DNA of 64,000 nucleotides from Candidatus Poribacteria bacterium (GTDB lineage Bacteria; Poribacteria; WGA-4E; WGA-3G): NCBI GenBank assembly GCA_965205015.1, contig OZ242029.1, positions 1,408,001 to 1,472,000 of the forward strand, read 5' to 3'. Shown piece by piece: positions 58,199 to 64,000 of this stretch (position 1 is its first letter; each line of letters starts with the position of its first letter). The notes under the pieces were generated by a model. It saw only the letters and a program-made list of their open reading frames with translations, ran no database searches and was not told where the DNA came from. The position numbers and the translations under genes were made by a program.

Positions 58199-58748
58199 TC
58201 ATAAGTCATCGACTTCTATAGGTTGCCTGTTTTCACAAGATTTCAACGCTATAGATAAAATGTTTTCAGGAGTGTTTCAAAGCACTTAACCTGATTATGC
58301 TTGCGTCTCTTGACGCTACCTAATCTCCGCAACCTTATGGACTACGAGAGTCCACTTAGGTTCTCTCTAATTTCCTGATAATAGACGTCTTGAGTTGATT
58401 GAGTGTTATCCTATACCCCAGTTCGTTAGGCATCCTAACGTTGTGTCTATTGGGTCTACTCGAATGCTGAACTATAAGCAACATTCCTTGAGACACCACG
58501 GTTTTTCAAGGCATTCTGTGTCGATACTTATGAGGCTTACGGATATTCAACTTTCGTTTACACGTGTCAATTCTTACCTGACGTATCAATTTTGGGTCTC
58601 TTGTGAGTTGCCTGTCCCTCAGATATTCGCCATTTTCCCTTGCTTCCCACAGAGTTGTTTCCAATATGCAGTTAGGGTAAGGTATGCGGTGTTAGACTCA
58701 CCGAGTAGGGATTGAACCTACATTCTATTATCGCTTATTAGAGCGCAC
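58199..58748 (-). mobile_element. Group IIA intron, 5' fragment (domains I-III plus start of IEP)
   Basis: GTGCG start; CTCTAAT/ATTAGAG DI stem; EBS1 TATAGTT pairs with exon AACTATA; GCGGA J2/3; no DV/DVI. Confidence 0.85.
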
Positions 58749-58942
58749 TATAGTTTGTATCAAATGACCCCATGAGTTAAACTGAGGACTTACGCATTGA
58801 TACGATAAATCGCATCACTACAAACATAAGGACCTTTGGCTGTTAGGTGTGTTTACATAGCACGCCATAGGTGCCAAGGGCGTGTATAGGGTGCGTGTCA
58901 GAGCGATAAGCATCGCTCACACCCTAACCGAGAAGAAGGACC

Positions 58943-59184
58943 GTAGGTTGGGTTGAACGGTATCCGAATCAAACGCTGGTGTGCCAAAATACATCACATC
59001 TGACCCACTCACACATACATCCACGACCCCAGTGAAACCCAACATTTTTCTTTTTCAACTCCTACAACCGTGTCGGTATGACGTTGGGTTTCGCTATCTC
59101 CTTGATTGCTATGAGGGTGTCGGGTGCTGAAATGTGCTTGGGGTCTCCAGAGTGTCTTTCTCAGTTCCGCTCAACCCAACCTAC
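58943..59184. repeat. GTAG-type REP doublet
   Basis: GTAGGTTGGGTTGAACGG ... CCGCTCAACCCAACCTAC with inner GAAACCCAAC/GTTGGGTTTC. Confidence 0.75.
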
Positions 59185-59256
59185 TACGATACTCAGCAAC
59201 GATCGCTGGGAAACTAATAAACATCGGCATCCCAGCTATCCTATGGTCATTTGATA

Positions 59257-62200
59257 CTATTTGCGTATGAGCATCTTGCGTGTTGCGGTAAAGTCGCCTG
59301 CCATCAAAGTATAGAAATAGACACCACTCGCGACACGTTCACCTTGTGCATTTCTGCCATCCCAATATGCCGCACGGCTCCGGGTCCGATATACCCCTGC
59401 GCGTTGATGCCCTAATGCCACCGTCCGCACCAATGCCCCGTTCACAGCATAGATACACAGTGTCACTTCCGCAGGTGTCGCCAACTGATAGGGTATCCAC
59501 GTCTCCGGGTTGAACGGGTTGGGATAATTCACCAATAGAGCTGTCTCTTCCGGCGGTAACGCCGTCAAGAGACGTTCCAGCCAATCAATTCCGCGCTGCA
59601 AACGCACATCAAGGCGCGGTAAACGATATGCTGCTGCCAGCCACTGCTCTATTGTAGCACGCGACGACAGTGCCGCAGAAGTGCCAAGCGAAGCCGAAGG
59701 CGCAGCTGTAGCGCCGCCCAACTCACCCGCTACCAATACCAGATCCTGAATATTAACGACACCATCACCGTTGACATCCGCCATATTCTCACCCGTCTCT
59801 CCCAAATGCGAGGAGACCAACACCAAATCCTGGACATTCACCACACCATCTTCATTGACATCTGCACTCGGCCCGGTGTTCTGAGAAGGTTCTGTGAGTG
59901 AGTCAAACTCTACTTCAATCCCTCTTGCCTGCATCGAAGGAATATGTGTGTTAATGGAAGCATCGCTCAGTGGGTTCCGTCGAAGGTACAATCCTGGGTG
60001 GTTTCCCCGTGTCCCTGTCAGGTTTAACCTTTCCAGTGGGGACACATCCGAAATATTATTACCAGTAAGTTCCAAGTACTTGAGTTGTTTGAGTTCAGCG
60101 AGGGCGGAGACATCCGAAATGTTATTCCACGGAAGTTCCAAATACCAGAGTTGTTTGAGTCCAGCAAGCGCGGATATATCCGTGATGCTATTATGCCCAA
60201 GATCGAGTTCCCTGAGATTGTGGGCATGTTGAAGACCGGTGAGATTTTTTATCCCGCCACTATAGACCTTAAGCTTTGTTAGATTCAGCAGTGTGTGCGT
60301 CGTGATGGAGCCCTCAATCTCTTGCCGGATTGCGGCTGCCAAATTGGTATCTGGTATAGAGACAACTTCGGGAGGTGGTAGTAGGGAGGTAACATCATCC
60401 ACTGGAAAACTTGTCCATGAGTATGGGAAATTTCCATGAACATCCATAACATGCAGGCTTACAGTCTCGTTTCCCGGTTTTAAAGCAGTGGTGACAAAAT
60501 CAAAAGTACGGCTTGGATTTCCGTTTAAGTGCTTACAAGTAATCACTTCCAGAGAACCCGTTGCGGATCCACTCAGCGTTGTTGTAAGCAGCTGCACCTG
60601 GTGAAGTCCATCTGGATCGGTTACCTTGAAACGAAAGCGGATAGCATTGGGGGGAGAGACAAGGCTCGGTGGGAGCATCTCAATTTTAGTTTTTGCGTTG
60701 GCAGTGGTTTGGTGGGTGTTGAAGTAGCGGTGGACATCCAACCACTCCGCAGCACATTGCGACAATTCCCTGCGGACAGTCCCGTAAGACATCATGTAAG
60801 TATTACTACGGAAATCGTGACGCAAGCCAAAGGCATGTCCAAGTTCATGAGCAACTATGCTAAAATCAAGACAATCGAGGCCGTAGATGTTCGCTGATCC
60901 GCTATGACTTCCGCCGCCCCCACTACCGCATATTTTACGAGAATAAAAACTACGATCCAACACAACAAGACGGATACGTTTTGAACCGCGAAGCTGCTCC
61001 CCAATTTCTGAGAATGGGTTGTTATCGTGATCCGCGTAATCCGCATCCTCAAATCTCCCGACAATATGATACACAACGGCATTCCCGTGTGCGTCGGTTT
61101 CAAACTGGAAAGTTTTCCTACCGAATCCGTGTGCCTTCATCTGATCGGCATAAAATTGTTGGACATCCTTTATCAATTGATCCATCTTTACGTTTATGTT
61201 CGGAGGCGGTTGACGGTCGCGTGGACGGAAATAGATGAGCCGGACCACATACGCCGACTGCGTCAAGTCATTATCGAAACGGACATCTACGCCTGCCCCC
61301 TGTAGCCACGGGATATGTGTGCTGACGGCGGTGTCGCTCAGAGGATTGCCTTGCAAATAGAGCATCTGTAGACTTGTTGACGCTCTTAACTGCGCTAAGT
61401 CTACAAGGAATGATACATTTGATATCCAATTGTCCCTGAGTGCCAAGGTTGTCAGTTGTGTCAAGCCTACCAACGGCGACACATCCGAGATACTGTTGTT
61501 GTTAAGCGATAGGATTGTGAGATTTGAGGCGTGCTGCAGCCCGGTGAGGTCGTGAATGCCCGCATCGTTCGCGATCAGTGCCCTCAACTTCAGCATATCC
61601 GCAGCAGTCAGTGTTGCATCGGGCGGTTTCCGAAGGGTTTCCGTTATCCGTGCGCGGAGGTTGTCATCAGGGACAGACACGGGTGTGCTGCGCGGGCGAG
61701 CCGTCGCCGTAAACTGAACGGGTTTTAAAACATGTGCGGCGGTCACACGGACAGTCGTCGTGCCGAGGGTGGGTCCCATCCTCAACTGTGTTGCCGCCTT
61801 ACCTGTGGTATCCGTTGTTACAGTTGTCGCACTGAGTTTGCCGCCGCCACCCGTGATAGTAAACCGCACCGGCACGCCTGCAAATGCAAGATTCTGCTCA
61901 TCCCGCACTTCCACGACGAACGGGAACGGCACTGTCGAATTGATTCCGCCGTGTTGCGCGATCCCTGACACTTTCACGAGCGTCGTCGGGACGCGAGTGT
62001 CAAATTCTACCTCAATCCCTTTCGCTTGCATGGCGGGAATATGGGTGTTGATGGAAACGTAACTCAGTGGATTTCCCTCAATATCCAATCCTGTGCGGTT
62101 CCACTCCGTCCCTGTCAGATTTAGTCCCACTATAGGGGACACATCTGAGATGTTATTCCAAACAAGCCCCAACCCAGTGAGTTGCTTGAGAGTAGAAAGA

Positions 62201-63015
62201 GGGGATACATCCGAAATATTATTACCCCCAAGCTCCAACCCAGTGAGTTGTGTGAGGGCAGCAAGCGGGGATAGGTCCGTGATGTTATTACTGGAAAGCC
62301 CCAACTCGGTGAGTTGTTTAAGGGTAGCGAGAGGAGATATATCTGAAATATTATTTCTCCCAAGCTTCAACCTTTTGAGTCGTTTAAGTTCGGCGAGGGT
62401 GGATATATCCGAGATGCTATTCACCCCAAGATCCAACCCAGTGAGTTGTTCGAGTCCAGCAAGCGGAGACACATCCGAGATGTTATTAAACCGCAGGTCT
62501 AACCCAGTGAGTTGTTTGAGGGCAGCAAGCGGAGATATGTCTGAGATGTTATTCCAAACAAGCCCCAACCCAGTGAGTTGCTTGAGAGTAGAAAGAGGGG
62601 ATACATCCGAAATATTATTACCCCCAAGTTCCAACCCAGTGAGTTGTGTGAGGGCAGCAAGCGGGGATAGGTCCGTGATGCTATTACTCCGAAGCACCAA
62701 CCCAGTGAGTTGTTTGAGAGCAGAAAGGGGGAATAGGTCCGATATTTCATTCGTGTTAAGGATCAATACCTCGAGGTTGCGTGCGTGTTCAAGACCGGTG
62801 AGATTTTTTATCCCGCGACCAGGGGCTTCAAGCCGCGTGAGCTTCAGCAGCGTGTGCGTCGTGATAGAATTGCCAATCTCTTGCCGGATTGCGGCTGCTA
62901 AATTCGCATCGGGTATGGACACAACTTTAGGCTGTCCCTGTTGTGCTTGTGAAAAGTTTGCGATTAACAGACCGAATAGAACCGCGATCCTAACAAATAG
63001 ACGTTTGACGTGCAT
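59257..63015 (-). CDS. Secreted internalin-like LRR protein with Ig-like, zinc-metalloprotease, dockerin-like and FlgD-Ig/T9SS-like domains
   Basis: 22-aa LRRs in three blocks; HELGHAFGLRH; DVNxDGVVNxQDL x2; NYPNPFNPETWIPYQL. Confidence 0.93.
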   Translation of the reverse strand: MHVKRLFVRIAVLFGLLIANFSQAQQGQPKVVSIPDANLAAAIRQEIGNSITTHTLLKLTRLEAPGRGIKNLTGLEHARNLEVLILNTNEISDLFPLSALKQLTGLVLRSNSITDLSPLAALTQLTGLELGGNNISDVSPLSTLKQLTGLGLVWNNISDISPLAALKQLTGLDLRFNNISDVSPLAGLEQLTGLDLGVNSISDISTLAELKRLKRLKLGRNNISDISPLATLKQLTELGLSSNNITDLSPLAALTQLTGLELGGNNISDVSPLSTLKQLTGLGLVWNNISDVSPIVGLNLTGTEWNRTGLDIEGNPLSYVSINTHIPAMQAKGIEVEFDTRVPTTLVKVSGIAQHGGINSTVPFPFVVEVRDEQNLAFAGVPVRFTITGGGGKLSATTVTTDTTGKAATQLRMGPTLGTTTVRVTAAHVLKPVQFTATARPRSTPVSVPDDNLRARITETLRKPPDATLTAADMLKLRALIANDAGIHDLTGLQHASNLTILSLNNNSISDVSPLVGLTQLTTLALRDNWISNVSFLVDLAQLRASTSLQMLYLQGNPLSDTAVSTHIPWLQGAGVDVRFDNDLTQSAYVVRLIYFRPRDRQPPPNINVKMDQLIKDVQQFYADQMKAHGFGRKTFQFETDAHGNAVVYHIVGRFEDADYADHDNNPFSEIGEQLRGSKRIRLVVLDRSFYSRKICGSGGGGSHSGSANIYGLDCLDFSIVAHELGHAFGLRHDFRSNTYMMSYGTVRRELSQCAAEWLDVHRYFNTHQTTANAKTKIEMLPPSLVSPPNAIRFRFKVTDPDGLHQVQLLTTTLSGSATGSLEVITCKHLNGNPSRTFDFVTTALKPGNETVSLHVMDVHGNFPYSWTSFPVDDVTSLLPPPEVVSIPDTNLAAAIRQEIEGSITTHTLLNLTKLKVYSGGIKNLTGLQHAHNLRELDLGHNSITDISALAGLKQLWYLELPWNNISDVSALAELKQLKYLELTGNNISDVSPLERLNLTGTRGNHPGLYLRRNPLSDASINTHIPSMQARGIEVEFDSLTEPSQNTGPSADVNEDGVVNVQDLVLVSSHLGETGENMADVNGDGVVNIQDLVLVAGELGGATAAPSASLGTSAALSSRATIEQWLAAAYRLPRLDVRLQRGIDWLERLLTALPPEETALLVNYPNPFNPETWIPYQLATPAEVTLCIYAVNGALVRTVALGHQRAGVYRTRSRAAYWDGRNAQGERVASGVYFYTLMAGDFTATRKMLIRK

Positions 63016-63094
63016 GTAAGAGTCTCCATAGCACTATTCTGAGTAGGACTTACGCAGACATGCGATAAATCGCATGACTACAAACAGATATACC

Positions 63095-63799
63095 TTAGAA
63101 ATCTGGCTGTATCCATAACTGGTAGCCAACGCCCTCGGAAGTCAATGCCACAATGTTATTCTGTTCTGGAACCGCTAATACATCGTTGTGATACAATCGC
63201 ACGCGTACTGTCTCTACGGGGCGCGTGATATCAAAAGTAGCAACGCCATCGGCATCTTGGAATCTGTGCAGACAGACTGCTTCCGCGCCTGTAAGCATTG
63301 CGTGTGCATCCCATGCCTTTACACCTGCCTCCGCCGATAGGACATTTTCCCGTATCCTGAGGTGCGTCTCACTTTCATCCATTGTCTCCCCTGCCTCTAA
63401 AATAATTGCAGCAGATTCGGCATAGGATGGTACCTTGCAAACCGCGATTTCAATTCCGGTTTCGCCTGGTAGCACCTCATAAGTAGTATGATGTGGAATA
63501 TGCGCTACACACGCCGCGCTGTGAAAAACGTCCGGACGCTCGCCCAAAATTCCGTTCGCTTTGTTGCCGTTATGTCCGATCAGTAAGGTGCCCTGTCCAC
63601 CTAACGCAATCAAGGCGACTTCAGTATCATCAGAATGGTCAAAAAAGGGGGTTTCGGGGGTGAGATTCAGAATTCCGAAATGGAGTTTCGTGATGCCCAT
63701 TTCGCCGGGCGTTACAATTTCGGTGTAGCCCTCGGTAGGTTTTTTAATTTTACCTTGCGGATAAGTATCGTGATAAGAACTTTGAAAGTTTTTGATCAC
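63095..63799 (-). CDS. IolB/5-deoxy-glucuronate isomerase-like protein, divergent
   Basis: N-terminal IolB-like (HFGILNL, EVALIALGG, GERPDVF); short divergent C-terminus. Confidence 0.55.
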   Translation of the reverse strand: MIKNFQSSYHDTYPQGKIKKPTEGYTEIVTPGEMGITKLHFGILNLTPETPFFDHSDDTEVALIALGGQGTLLIGHNGNKANGILGERPDVFHSAACVAHIPHHTTYEVLPGETGIEIAVCKVPSYAESAAIILEAGETMDESETHLRIRENVLSAEAGVKAWDAHAMLTGAEAVCLHRFQDADGVATFDITRPVETVRVRLYHNDVLAVPEQNNIVALTSEGVGYQLWIQPDF

Positions 63800-64000
63800 G
63801 AGTCGCCCTCCAAATGTAAAGCAAAGACAAATTATGCCATTTAAGGTATAATTTCATTACGGGCTACGGTTTTGGTATCAGAGTTTTCAGTAGACTTGGG
63901 AAAGTTTGATAGGCGTTCAACGAGGCTCGCTAACGGCAGCCCAACGACATTAAAATAACACCCCTCAATGCGCCGAACGAACGCTGCGCCCCGTCCTTGG

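Noticed and set aside
58749-58769. Class IIC intron inserted after a terminator
   Set aside because: Domain I is Ll.LtrB-like with both EBS1 and EBS2, i.e. IIA
62144-62700. CRISPR-like periodic repeats
   Set aside because: 66-nt period of coding LRRs; no repeat-spacer array or cas genes in the window
62093-63019. 308-aa plus-strand ORF
   Set aside because: Antisense shadow of the repetitive LRR gene

Overview
Bacterial genomic window whose gene repertoire (LamG/Kelch/LRR secreted proteins, NYPNPFNPETWIPYQL and TWxxLK C-terminal tails, PhyH dioxygenases, DUF1501, Uma2) resembles Candidatus Poribacteria; this taxon call is an inference. Housekeeping blocks (rsmD; gmk-coaBC-rsmA; yebC-ruvCAB-queA-yajC) alternate with accessory regions. 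Main result: a ~13.7 kb minus-strand island (8.65-22.35 kb) bracketed by an 819-bp direct repeat of an SDR gene. It carries a sensor-less sigma54 activator, a consensus sigma54 promoter, a Sec-exported 8-Cys precursor with an internal double-glycine-type leader and an N-C-S sequon, an exported stand-alone C39 peptidase, an STT3/PglB-like oligosaccharyltransferase and a GT2. Together these suggest an extracytoplasmically matured glycopeptide (RiPP-like) system. Other hidden elements: a two-domain BCP peroxiredoxin with two in-frame UGA (Sec) codons, each followed by a SECIS-like hairpin; a protein-less IS200/IS605 mini-element keeping a TnpB omega-RNA scaffold behind a consensus promoter; the 5' half of a group IIA intron whose EBS1/EBS2 match its flank; a duplicated promoter/5'-hairpin/uORF module ahead of two paralogous secreted proteins; and GTAG palindromes inserted in frame into coding genes. 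No rRNA, tRNA or CRISPR array was recognised. Family calls come from motif recognition by eye, not database searches.
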